A stretch of 47,759 nucleotides of DNA from Actinomycetota bacterium (GTDB lineage: Bacteria; Actinomycetota; Acidimicrobiia; Acidimicrobiales; BP-101): contig JAUTXA010000070.1 of NCBI GenBank assembly GCA_030838265.1, positions 1-47,759 on the forward strand, written 5' to 3'. Below, piece after piece: positions 17,901 through 25,223 of this stretch (its first letter is position 1; each line of letters starts with the position of its first letter). Under the pieces are notes generated by a model. The model was given only the letters and a program-made list of their open reading frames with translations. It ran no database searches and was not told the DNA's origin. The position numbers were made by a program, and so were the translations under genes.

Positions 17901-18878
17901 ATGGCTGGTCAGCGGCGACCCGGCCGTAGCATCGGCGACGCCATGCCCACCCTGACGCCTTCCGCCTTCCGGCGCCTCACCCTGGCGGTCGTCGCCCTGG
18001 TGGCCGTGATCATCGTGACGGGGGCGGCGGTGCGTCTGACCGGCTCTGGTTTGGGGTGCCCCAACTGGCCCACGTGCGACGGTCATCACATCGTCGATCC
18101 AGCGGCCAGTCACAAAGGCATCGAATCGATCAACCGGGCCATCACCGGTCTGGTGTCGGTCGTGGTCATCCTCTCGGTGCTCGGGTCGCTCCGTCGCGTC
18201 CCCCGTCGGCGCGATCTCGTCTGGCTCTCGCTCGGCCTCGTCGCCGGGGTGGTGGCCCAGATCGTCCTGGGCGGACTCGTCGTGATCTTCCACCTCTATC
18301 CGCCGTTGGTGATGGGCCATCTGGTTCTGTCGATGCTGTTGCTGGCCGACGCCGTCGTCCTGCATCACCGAGCGCGGCTTCCTGATGACGAGCCGGTCGG
18401 CCCCGCCGTGGCGGGCGACGTGGCCACGTTGACCAAGCTCTTGGTCGGCTGGGCCGCCCTGGTCATCGTCCTGGGCACTGTCGTGACCGGCGCCGGACCC
18501 CATGCGGGCAGCAACAAGGACCGGCTGGTCGAGCGCCTGCCGATCGCAGTCCACGATGCGGCCCGCTTCCATGGCACCGCGGTCGTCCTCTTCCTGGTGT
18601 TCGTGCTGCTGACCATCTGGCGCCTGCGCGCCGAAGGGGCTCCCCGGTCGGTGCTGGGGCGGGCGGAGCTTCTCCTCGTCGCCCTGGTGACCCAGGCCGC
18701 GGTGGGCTACACGCAGTACTTCACGGGTGTCCCGGTCGTCTTGGTCGGCGTCCATGTGGCCGGCGCCGACGCCGTCTGGGCTGCGGTGCTCTGGCTGGCG
18801 CTGGGGACCAACCAGACGGTCGTGCCAGTGGCGTCGACGCAGGCGAGAGCGACCGGTGAGGTAGCAGTCGCGGGCTGA
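17901..18878 (+). CDS. ctaA: heme A synthase (COX15/CtaA family)
   Basis: Polytopic protein with RLTGSGLGCPNWPTCDG and paired His-containing helices. Divergent from ctaB. The start could instead be the ATG at 17943 (MPTLTPSAF). Confidence 0.85.
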   Translation: MAGQRRPGRSIGDAMPTLTPSAFRRLTLAVVALVAVIIVTGAAVRLTGSGLGCPNWPTCDGHHIVDPAASHKGIESINRAITGLVSVVVILSVLGSLRRVPRRRDLVWLSLGLVAGVVAQIVLGGLVVIFHLYPPLVMGHLVLSMLLLADAVVLHHRARLPDDEPVGPAVAGDVATLTKLLVGWAALVIVLGTVVTGAGPHAGSNKDRLVERLPIAVHDAARFHGTAVVLFLVFVLLTIWRLRAEGAPRSVLGRAELLLVALVTQAAVGYTQYFTGVPVVLVGVHVAGADAVWAAVLWLALGTNQTVVPVASTQARATGEVAVAG

Positions 18879-18893
18879 CAGACTGGCGGGGCC

Positions 18894-19187
18894 ATGACCG
18901 CGCCGATGCCCGTCGAGACCGAGCGCCCCGACGTCGACGAGGTCGTCGAGCCCGACCGGCCCTGGCTGGTCATCGTGTGGAACGACCCGATCAACCTCAT
19001 GTCGTACGTGGCCTTCGTGTTCCAGAAGCTGTTCGGTTACTCGAAGGAGAAGGCCAACAAGCTGATGATGGACGTCCACCTGAAGGGTCGGGCTGTGGTG
19101 TCGAGCGGGACGCGGGAGCGAGCCGAGCTCGACGTCTTCCGCCTCCATGAACACGGCCTCTGGGCGACGATGGAGCAGAGCTCGTGA
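18894..19187 (+). CDS. clpS: ATP-dependent Clp protease adaptor ClpS
   Basis: 97 aa. Diagnostic core [46 protein letters not shown]. Confidence 0.9.
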   Translation: MTAPMPVETERPDVDEVVEPDRPWLVIVWNDPINLMSYVAFVFQKLFGYSKEKANKLMMDVHLKGRAVVSSGTRERAELDVFRLHEHGLWATMEQSS

Positions 19188-19251
19188 TGCGACCCAATAG
19201 TGCGGAGCAGAGCTCGTGATGCGACCCGATGAAGCAGAGCAGAGCTCATGA
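19172..19251 (+). repeat. 32-bp tandem repeat, about 2.5 copies, spanning the clpS stop and the DUF2017 start
   Basis: GGAGCAGAGCTCGTGATGCGACCC occurs identically at 19172-19195 and 19204-19227. A third partial copy, AGCAGAGCTCATGA, lies at 19238-19251. Period is 32 nt. Confidence 0.85.
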
Positions 19252-19712
19252 GCTTTGTCGGGCCCATCGGGCGGAACCGCGATGGGTCGTTCAAGCTGCG
19301 GCTGGGGCCACAGGAGCGCGAGCTGCTGCGGACACTGCCGGGCCAGCTCCTCGAGCTGTTCGGCAGCGCCGACCCCTCGCTGCGACGCCTCTTCCCACCC
19401 GCCTACACCGATGACGCCGAGCGGGAGGCCGAGTACCAGCGGTTCATGGCCGACGACCTCGAAGCCCGCCACCGGGCCGCCCTTGAGATCCTCGCCAACA
19501 CGGCTGACAACCCCCGCCTCGACGAGGAAGAGCTGACGGCGTGGATGGGCGCCCTCAACGACCTCCGGCTGGTGCTCGGCACCCGCATCGACGTGCAAGA
19601 GGACATGGTCGACATCGACGACGATGATCCCAACGCCCCCGCCCTCCATCTCTATGGGTATCTGACCTACCTGCAGAGCGAGGTCATCGATGCCCTCGCC
19701 AGCGGGCTCTGA
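19248..19712 (+). CDS. DUF2017-like protein (conserved actinobacterial clpS neighbour)
   Basis: 154-aa acidic protein directly after clpS. Sequence (LFPPAYTDDAEREAEYQRF..., WMGALNDLRLVLGTRIDV) matches my recollection of DUF2017. Not verified against a database. Confidence 0.65.
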   Translation: MSFVGPIGRNRDGSFKLRLGPQERELLRTLPGQLLELFGSADPSLRRLFPPAYTDDAEREAEYQRFMADDLEARHRAALEILANTADNPRLDEEELTAWMGALNDLRLVLGTRIDVQEDMVDIDDDDPNAPALHLYGYLTYLQSEVIDALASGL

Positions 19713-19731
19713 CCGGGTAAGGAGGCAAGCC

Positions 19732-21579
19732 ATGTCACGGACACGTCTCTCGTTGTTGGCCATGGCAGTCGTGGCCGCCACTGTTCTGCTACCGGTCGAG
19801 GCGGCCCGGGCGGTGCCGAAGCGGTCGGTGGCCACGAGCGGCTTCGTCCTCAACGGGCGCGGCCAGCTCACCCGGTACGCGGCGGGCGAGTCCACACCCC
19901 CCGGCGTCACCAACGCCCCAACGTGGGGATTCGACATCGCGCGGGGCATCGCTACCTACCAGTCGGGCACCGGCGGCGTCGTCCTCGACGGGTACGGCGG
20001 GGTCCACGGGTTCGGCTTCACCGGCACGGGCCGCGGCGCCGATGCCCGACGCACCCCCTACTGGAACGGCTGGGACATTGCGAGGGGGGTGGCGCTGCTG
20101 CCTGACGGCTCGGGCGGCTATGTCCTCGACGGTTACGGCGGGCTCCACCCCTTTGCCGTCGGCCCGAACGCCGTGCCGCCGCCAGCCAATGGCGGGGCCT
20201 ACTGGAGCGGTTGGGACATCGCCCGCGGCATCGCCCTGCTGCCTGACGGCTCGGGCGGCTATGTCCTCGACGGGTACGGCGGGCTGCACCCGTTCGGCGT
20301 CGGGACCCACGCTCCGGCACCCGCCGCCAGTGGTGGGGCCTACTGGAGTGGGTGGGACGTGGCGTCCGACATCACACTGCTGGCCGACGGCAGCGGCGGG
20401 TACATCCTCGATCGCTACGGGCCCCTCCACGGCTTTGCCACCACCAATCCGGTGGTCCCGGCATCACCCACGACGACCGGCTATCCCGCGGGTGATGCCC
20501 AAGGCGTGGCGACCTACGTCCACCCGACGGCAGCCGCCCCGTCGATCACCGTGACCTCGGCGGTGACAGGCCTCGACATCCCGTGGGATCTGGCCTTCGC
20601 CCCCGACGGCACCATGATCTTCACTGAGCGAGGCGGGCGCCTCAGCGCCCGGGTCGGCACCACCACTGTGATGATGGCCGACGCCCCCAACGTCTATGCC
20701 ACGGGAGAAGCCGGTCTGCTAGGCCTCGCCCTCGACCCCGACTACGCCACCAACCGCCTGCTCTACGCCTGCCAGAGCTACAGCAACGGCTCGACCAACG
20801 ATGTCCGGGTGCTCGTCTGGCACGTGGCCGACGACTATTCGTCGGCCACGGTCGTCACCAACCCACTGGTGGGCGGCCTGCCCCTCAACACCACGACCTT
20901 CCCCGGCCGCCACAGTGGTTGTCGGCCCCGCTTCGGACCCGACGGCTACCTGTGGATCGGCACCGGTGACACCGGCGTCGGCACCAACCCCCAGTCGCTG
21001 ACGTCGCTCGGCGGCAAGGTGCTGCGGGTGAGCAAGACCACAGGCGCGGCCGCGCCCGACAACCCCTTCTCGGGGGCGAGCGCCCGCATCTACAGCTACG
21101 GCCACCGCAACGTCCAGGGCATGGCGTGGCGGCCGGGGACGACACAGATGTTCAACGTCGAGCATGGCCCCGACATCGACGACGAGGTCAACCTCCAGGT
21201 GCGCGGGGCCAACTACGGATGGGACCCCATCCCTGGCTACAACGAGGGCGTCCCCATGACCGACTTCGCCAAGTTCCCCAGCGCGGTCGGCGCGGTCTGG
21301 AGCTCGGGCAGTCCCACGGTGGCCACGTCCGGCGGCACCTTCCTGTCGGGCTCGGCCTGGGGGGCTTGGAACGGCGCTCTCGCCGTGGCCTGCCTCAAGG
21401 GCAGCCAGCTCATGGTGTTCGGGCTCAATCCGGCCGGCACGGTGGTCACGCGGGAGGACAGCGTCATCAAGGACAAGGGCCGGCTGCGCACCCCGGTGCT
21501 CGGACCAGACGGGAATCTCTACATCGCGACCGGCAACGGTGGTGGCAACGACGTGATCTTGAAGGTCGTGCCCGGCTAG
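19732..21579 (+). CDS. secreted PQQ-dependent sugar (glucose/sorbosone) dehydrogenase-like beta-propeller with N-terminal 47-aa repeat array
   Basis: ATG at 19732 with strong AAGGAGG RBS at 19718-19725. Signal peptide MSRTRLSLLAMAVVAATVLLPVEAARA. C-terminal domain carries GSDH-type motifs (LDIPWDLAFAPDG, GEAGLLGLALDPDY, GGKVLRV, YSYGHRNVQGMAW, GPDIDDEVN, GANYGWDP). Confidence 0.8.
   Translation: MSRTRLSLLAMAVVAATVLLPVEAARAVPKRSVATSGFVLNGRGQLTRYAAGESTPPGVTNAPTWGFDIARGIATYQSGTGGVVLDGYGGVHGFGFTGTGRGADARRTPYWNGWDIARGVALLPDGSGGYVLDGYGGLHPFAVGPNAVPPPANGGAYWSGWDIARGIALLPDGSGGYVLDGYGGLHPFGVGTHAPAPAASGGAYWSGWDVASDITLLADGSGGYILDRYGPLHGFATTNPVVPASPTTTGYPAGDAQGVATYVHPTAAAPSITVTSAVTGLDIPWDLAFAPDGTMIFTERGGRLSARVGTTTVMMADAPNVYATGEAGLLGLALDPDYATNRLLYACQSYSNGSTNDVRVLVWHVADDYSSATVVTNPLVGGLPLNTTTFPGRHSGCRPRFGPDGYLWIGTGDTGVGTNPQSLTSLGGKVLRVSKTTGAAAPDNPFSGASARIYSYGHRNVQGMAWRPGTTQMFNVEHGPDIDDEVNLQVRGANYGWDPIPGYNEGVPMTDFAKFPSAVGAVWSSGSPTVATSGGTFLSGSAWGAWNGALAVACLKGSQLMVFGLNPAGTVVTREDSVIKDKGRLRTPVLGPDGNLYIATGNGGGNDVILKVVPG
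19924..20440 (+). repeat. in-frame 141-bp (47-aa) tandem coding repeats, about 4 copies
   Basis: Protein repeats W(N/S)GWD(I/V)A(R/S)(G/D)(I/V)(A/T)LL(P/A)DGSGGY(V/I)LD(G/R)YG(G/P)LH(P/G)F. The two central copies (about 20062-20202 and 20203-20343) are also near-identical at the DNA level. Confidence 0.8.
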
Positions 21580-21581
21580 AG

Positions 21582-22433
21582 GTGCCCGACGAGCGTCGCA
21601 TCCGCGGAGTGGGCGGCGTCGGGCTGGCGGTGCGCGTCTGGCCTGACGGGGCCGGTGCTCCATTCGTGCTCGTCCACGGCCTGGCCTCGAGCGCCCGGCT
21701 CTGGGACGGCGTGGCCGCTGAGCTCCAAGCCCTCGGCCATCCCGTGGCCGCCCTCGACCAGCGCGGCCACGGCCAATCCGACAAGCCGACCCGCGGCTAC
21801 GACTTCGCGACCGTCACCAGCGACCTGGTGGCCGTCATTGACGGCATCGGCTTCGACCGGCCCGTGCTCGCGGGCCAGTCATGGGGCGGGAACGTCGTCC
21901 TCGACCTGGCTTGGCGGCGGCCAGACCTGATGCGAGGGATCGTCTGTGTCGACGGTGGCACCATCGAGCTCAAGCGCCGGTTCCGGCGGTGGGGCACCGT
22001 GGCCCACGCCATGGCTCCGCCGACCCTCACCGGCACCACCCGACGAGAGCTCGAGGACCGCATCACCGCCCTGCACCCCGACTGGCCCGATGCCGGCATC
22101 GCGGGGGTGATGGCCTGCTTCGAGGACCTGCCCGACGGAACGGTCAGGGCTCGCCTCAGCCGCGACAACCACCTCGAGATCCTGCGCCACCTCTGGAAGC
22201 ACCGTCCGTCGAGGCTGTACGCCGACATCAAGGTGCCAGTGCTCCTCCTTCCTGCCGACGACGGCCACACCGACTGGGGTCCCGACAAGCGGGCCGGAGT
22301 CGACGCCGCGGCCGCGGCCATCCCTCACGCCCGGGTCCACTGGTTCACCGCCGACCACGACGTCCACGCCCAGCACCCCGATCAGGTCGCGGCGGTCATG
22401 CACGCCGCCACGGAAGACGGATTCCTGGCGTGA
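21582..22433 (+). CDS. alpha/beta-fold hydrolase
   Basis: In-frame GTG 2 nt after the dehydrogenase stop. HGLASS oxyanion region, nucleophile elbow GQSWGG, C-terminal His region DHDVHAQHP. Confidence 0.75.
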   Translation: MPDERRIRGVGGVGLAVRVWPDGAGAPFVLVHGLASSARLWDGVAAELQALGHPVAALDQRGHGQSDKPTRGYDFATVTSDLVAVIDGIGFDRPVLAGQSWGGNVVLDLAWRRPDLMRGIVCVDGGTIELKRRFRRWGTVAHAMAPPTLTGTTRRELEDRITALHPDWPDAGIAGVMACFEDLPDGTVRARLSRDNHLEILRHLWKHRPSRLYADIKVPVLLLPADDGHTDWGPDKRAGVDAAAAAIPHARVHWFTADHDVHAQHPDQVAAVMHAATEDGFLA

Positions 22434-23701
22434 CGGCGCTCCCCCGCCTCCTCGCCATCATGGGATCGGGCGAGACCAGCCCGACCATGGTGACGACGCA
22501 CCGCCGGCTGCTCTCGCGGCTCGGCGCTGCGCCCGTCCCCGCTGTTCTCCTCGACACGCCGTTCGGCTTCCAGGAGAACGCCAGCGAGCTGACGGCCAAG
22601 GCGGCGGCTTACTTCCACGACAGCGTCGGCCAACCCATCGAGGTGGCGTCGTACCGCTCGGCGGCGGCCAGCGCCCATGACATCGAGCTGGCGCTGAACC
22701 GGGTGCGCGACGCCCGCTACGTCTTCGCCGGGCCGGGGAGCCCCAGCTATGCCTTGCGCCAGTGGCAGTCGTCGCCCCTCCCCGACCTGCTTCGGGCCAA
22801 GCTCCAGACCGGCGGCTGCATCACCTTTGCCAGCGCCGCGGCGCTGACCATTGGCTTGGTCACCGTCCCGGTCTACGAGATCTACAAGGTCGGTGAGGAT
22901 CCTCACTGGCTGGCCGGACTCGACCTGCTGGCCGAGGCGGGTCTGAAGGCCGCCGTGATCCCTCACTACGACAATGCCGAAGGCGGCACCCACGACACCC
23001 GCTTCTGCTACCTCGGCGAGCCCCGCCTGGCCCGCCTCGAGGCCGAGCTACCCGACGATGCCTTCGTGCTCGGCGTCGACGAGCACACCGCGCTCATCCT
23101 GGACCTCGACGAGGGCACGGCCGAGATCGTGGGGCGGGGGAAGGTGACGGTGCGTCGCCACGGTCGCACGATCGAGCGAGCCGCGGGCACCACACTGGCG
23201 ATCGGCGACCTCGGCAGTGCTGACGGGACGACGAAGGCACGAGCCGGCGGCGATGAGCCGCAGGGCGCGAGCCTGGCCCAGGAGTCGGGCCGGCCGTCCC
23301 TGCTCGCCGCGGTGGCCGAGCACGAGGCCGCCTTCGACGCCGCCCTGGCGGCGGGCGACGCGCCCGGGGCGGCGGCGGCCATCCTGGCCGTCGAGGAGGA
23401 CATCCGGTCGTGGTCGGCCGACACCCTCCAGAGCGACGAAGGTGACCGAGCCCGCGCCACGTTGCGGTCGATGATCACCAGGCTCGGCCAGGTTGCCCAG
23501 CGCGGGGCTCAGGACCCGGCCACCGTGGTCGGGCCCTTCGTCGACGGGCTTCTGGCCAGCCGGGAGCGGGCCCGGACCGACAAGCGTTTCGCCGACGCCG
23601 ATGCCGTCCGCGACCTGTTGCTCGGGCTGGGAGTCGAAGTCAATGACGCTCCGGACGGCACAACGTGGCACCTACAATCGGACCGCTCAGCGCCGTCCTA
23701 G
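22430..23701 (+). CDS. fusion protein: peptidase S51/cyanophycinase-like (class I GATase-like) N-domain plus CysRS-like C-terminal (DALR-2/anticodon-binding-like) domain
   Basis: GTG overlaps the upstream TGA (GTGA). N-domain has LAIMGSGETSP ... FASAAALT ... LGVDEHTALILD, reminiscent of the S51 family. The C-terminal 170 aa (FDAALAAGDAPGAAAAILAVEE ... RERARTDKRFADADAVRDLLLGLGVEVNDAPDGTTW) resembles the C-terminus of cysteinyl-tRNA synthetase or MshC. Assigned by eye only. Confidence 0.55.
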   Translation: MTALPRLLAIMGSGETSPTMVTTHRRLLSRLGAAPVPAVLLDTPFGFQENASELTAKAAAYFHDSVGQPIEVASYRSAAASAHDIELALNRVRDARYVFAGPGSPSYALRQWQSSPLPDLLRAKLQTGGCITFASAAALTIGLVTVPVYEIYKVGEDPHWLAGLDLLAEAGLKAAVIPHYDNAEGGTHDTRFCYLGEPRLARLEAELPDDAFVLGVDEHTALILDLDEGTAEIVGRGKVTVRRHGRTIERAAGTTLAIGDLGSADGTTKARAGGDEPQGASLAQESGRPSLLAAVAEHEAAFDAALAAGDAPGAAAAILAVEEDIRSWSADTLQSDEGDRARATLRSMITRLGQVAQRGAQDPATVVGPFVDGLLASRERARTDKRFADADAVRDLLLGLGVEVNDAPDGTTWHLQSDRSAPS

Positions 23702-23776
23702 CCCCCATCGTCTAGCGGCCCAGGACACCGCCCTTTCAAGGCGGCAGCACGGGTTCGAATCCCGTTGGGGGTGCCA
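23701..23776 (+). tRNA. tRNA-Glu (anticodon TTC), CCA encoded
   Basis: Cloverleaf: acceptor GCCCCCA/TGGGGGT, anticodon stem CCGCC/GGCGG, loop CTTTCAA, T-arm ACGGG-TTCGAAT-CCCGT, then GCCA. Confidence 0.9.
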
Positions 23777-23779
23777 CGG
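23730..23779 (+). repeat. 50-bp direct repeat, copy 1 (3' half of tRNA-Glu; att-like)
   Basis: GCCCTTTCAAGGCGGCAGCACGGGTTCGAATCCCGTTGGGGGTGCCACGG is identical to 25946-25995. Confidence 0.9.
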
Positions 23780-23940
23780 CGAAAGCCCAGGTAAGCCCGG
23801 ATGCAGCTGCTGGCCCACACCCCTTCGCCACGAATTCCCTGACCAGAGGGGGTATCGCGTGTCACCCCTCTCCGGTAGGCTGGAAATCACAGCGGTGTAA
23901 GTCATCCACAGGCGGCACCGAGTTGCCTGTGGAAAACAGA

Positions 23941-23967
23941 AACGGCACCCGTACCAGGGGTGCCGTT
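23941..23967. other. perfect 10-bp stem / 7-nt loop hairpin inside the island leader
   Basis: AACGGCACCC-GTACCAG-GGGTGCCGTT. A second hairpin, CCACAGGC-N11-GCCTGTGG, lies at 23906-23932. CTGTGGAAAAC occurs twice (23927-23937 and 24071-24081). Confidence 0.4.
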
Positions 23968-24101
23968 CCATGGAGCGTTGATATGCGTACCAAGCATGAA
24001 CCTACTGGGCCGAGCAATGGTTAGCAAGCATTTCTTGCACACCACGCAACGCCGAGGCGCTCCCTGGCCCCTGTGGAAAACCCACGACCAGGAGATCAAT
24101 C

Positions 24102-24929
24102 ATGACATTGGCAATTGCCGTCGCTACTGGCGACGGCTTGGTAGTTGCGGCTGACAGCCGTACGACTCTGACCGGTGTGAACAGCCACCGGCGGGTGCTG
24201 AGCGATCACGCCCACAAGGTGTTCCAGGTCGGACAGCTGGCAGTGGCGACCTACGGATGGGGGATGCTTCTCGATCGCAATATCGCCGGTCACATCGGTG
24301 AGTTTGCTCGCTCATTTGGCGAAGATCCCCAATTCACCCCGGAGACCCTTGCCAGGGCGTTGGCGGCCTACTTCCAGGAGCTGATGAACAAACACATCGG
24401 CGCGGACTACGACAAGCTGCTGCCGGGCGTCGATGAGTTGGGCTTCATCGTCGCTGGATACGACGGGCAGAGCGGTGCGATCTGGGAAGTGGGCCTACCC
24501 AGCGGTACGGTCCAGCTGCAGAGCCAGACCCAGACGGGCGGGGCCCTGTGGCGCGGGCAGCCGGACGTCATCGTCCGGCTGGTCAAGGGCTACGACATCG
24601 TCGCGCTCAAGGGCCGGGTTGGTGCCGGGCCCGCTGAGACCACGAAGGCCTTGGATGCGCTAGAGCCCGACCTGCTGAGCCTCGAGTACGTGATCGACTT
24701 TCAGCGGATGAACCTGCAGGATGCGATCGACTTCGCCGTCCTGGGGATCCGGACGACGATTGACGTGCAGCGTCTCACCTTGGGCCGAGCCTGCGACACG
24801 GAGCTCTCTTGGCCTGGCGTCGGCGGCCCGATCGAAATAGCCGCCGTCACCCCGCGCGGCGGCTTCAAGTGGATCCAACGCACGAGCTTGCAGGGGGAGA
24901 GGCCGGCTGGGACGGCCGAACTCACCTAG
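24102..24929 (+). CDS. proteasome beta-subunit-like Ntn hydrolase (orphan, no propeptide)
   Basis: AGGAG RBS 7 nt upstream of the ATG. N-terminus is M-TLAIAVATGDGLVVAADSRTT, so Thr1 is exposed after Met removal, Asp17 lies in AAD, and Lys follows in HKVF. GFIVAGYDGQSGAIWEV matches the proteasome beta GxD..G..y motif. Confidence 0.65.
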   Translation: MTLAIAVATGDGLVVAADSRTTLTGVNSHRRVLSDHAHKVFQVGQLAVATYGWGMLLDRNIAGHIGEFARSFGEDPQFTPETLARALAAYFQELMNKHIGADYDKLLPGVDELGFIVAGYDGQSGAIWEVGLPSGTVQLQSQTQTGGALWRGQPDVIVRLVKGYDIVALKGRVGAGPAETTKALDALEPDLLSLEYVIDFQRMNLQDAIDFAVLGIRTTIDVQRLTLGRACDTELSWPGVGGPIEIAAVTPRGGFKWIQRTSLQGERPAGTAELT

Positions 24930-25223
24930 CGACTTGTGTTCCCGCCTGTCCTTCGCCCTGCGTTCTTTTCCGGCGGGACGTAGGTATCACGCCGCCTGTC
25001 CGCCTCAGTGACCCCGCGACTGCCGGGGTTCTGGGGTCGGGGCGGCGGCGGAGGTGTCGACGATGACGATGAAGGCACGACTCCACTTTGGCACGTCACG
25101 GTCCGGACCTGTAACCGCGACGCACCGGGCCTTCTTCAAGGATCGTCGACGCCGAGTCCACGCCCTGAATGTCACGCCGGCTGGGTACCGACCGGCGTCC
25201 AACCAACGAGGGGAGCTTCAACC

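Noticed and set aside
19172-19251. Possibility that the 32-bp repeats form a small CRISPR array
   Set aside because: There are only about 2.5 copies. They are directly abutting with no unique spacers, they overlap coding junctions, and no cas genes lie nearby.
17865-19949. 694-aa ORF on the minus strand, the longest unassigned ORF in the track
   Set aside because: It runs antisense across three well-supported genes (ctaA, clpS, DUF2017). Its Arg/Gly/His/Pro/Asp-rich composition is typical of non-coding frames in very GC-rich DNA, and it has no recognisable motif.
23687-24099. Short ORFs (65-135 aa) in the island leader between tRNA-Glu and the Ntn hydrolase gene
   Set aside because: They have no RBS and no recognisable motifs, and they overlap the tRNA or the hairpin structures. 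The region is better explained as non-coding island leader or att-flanking DNA.
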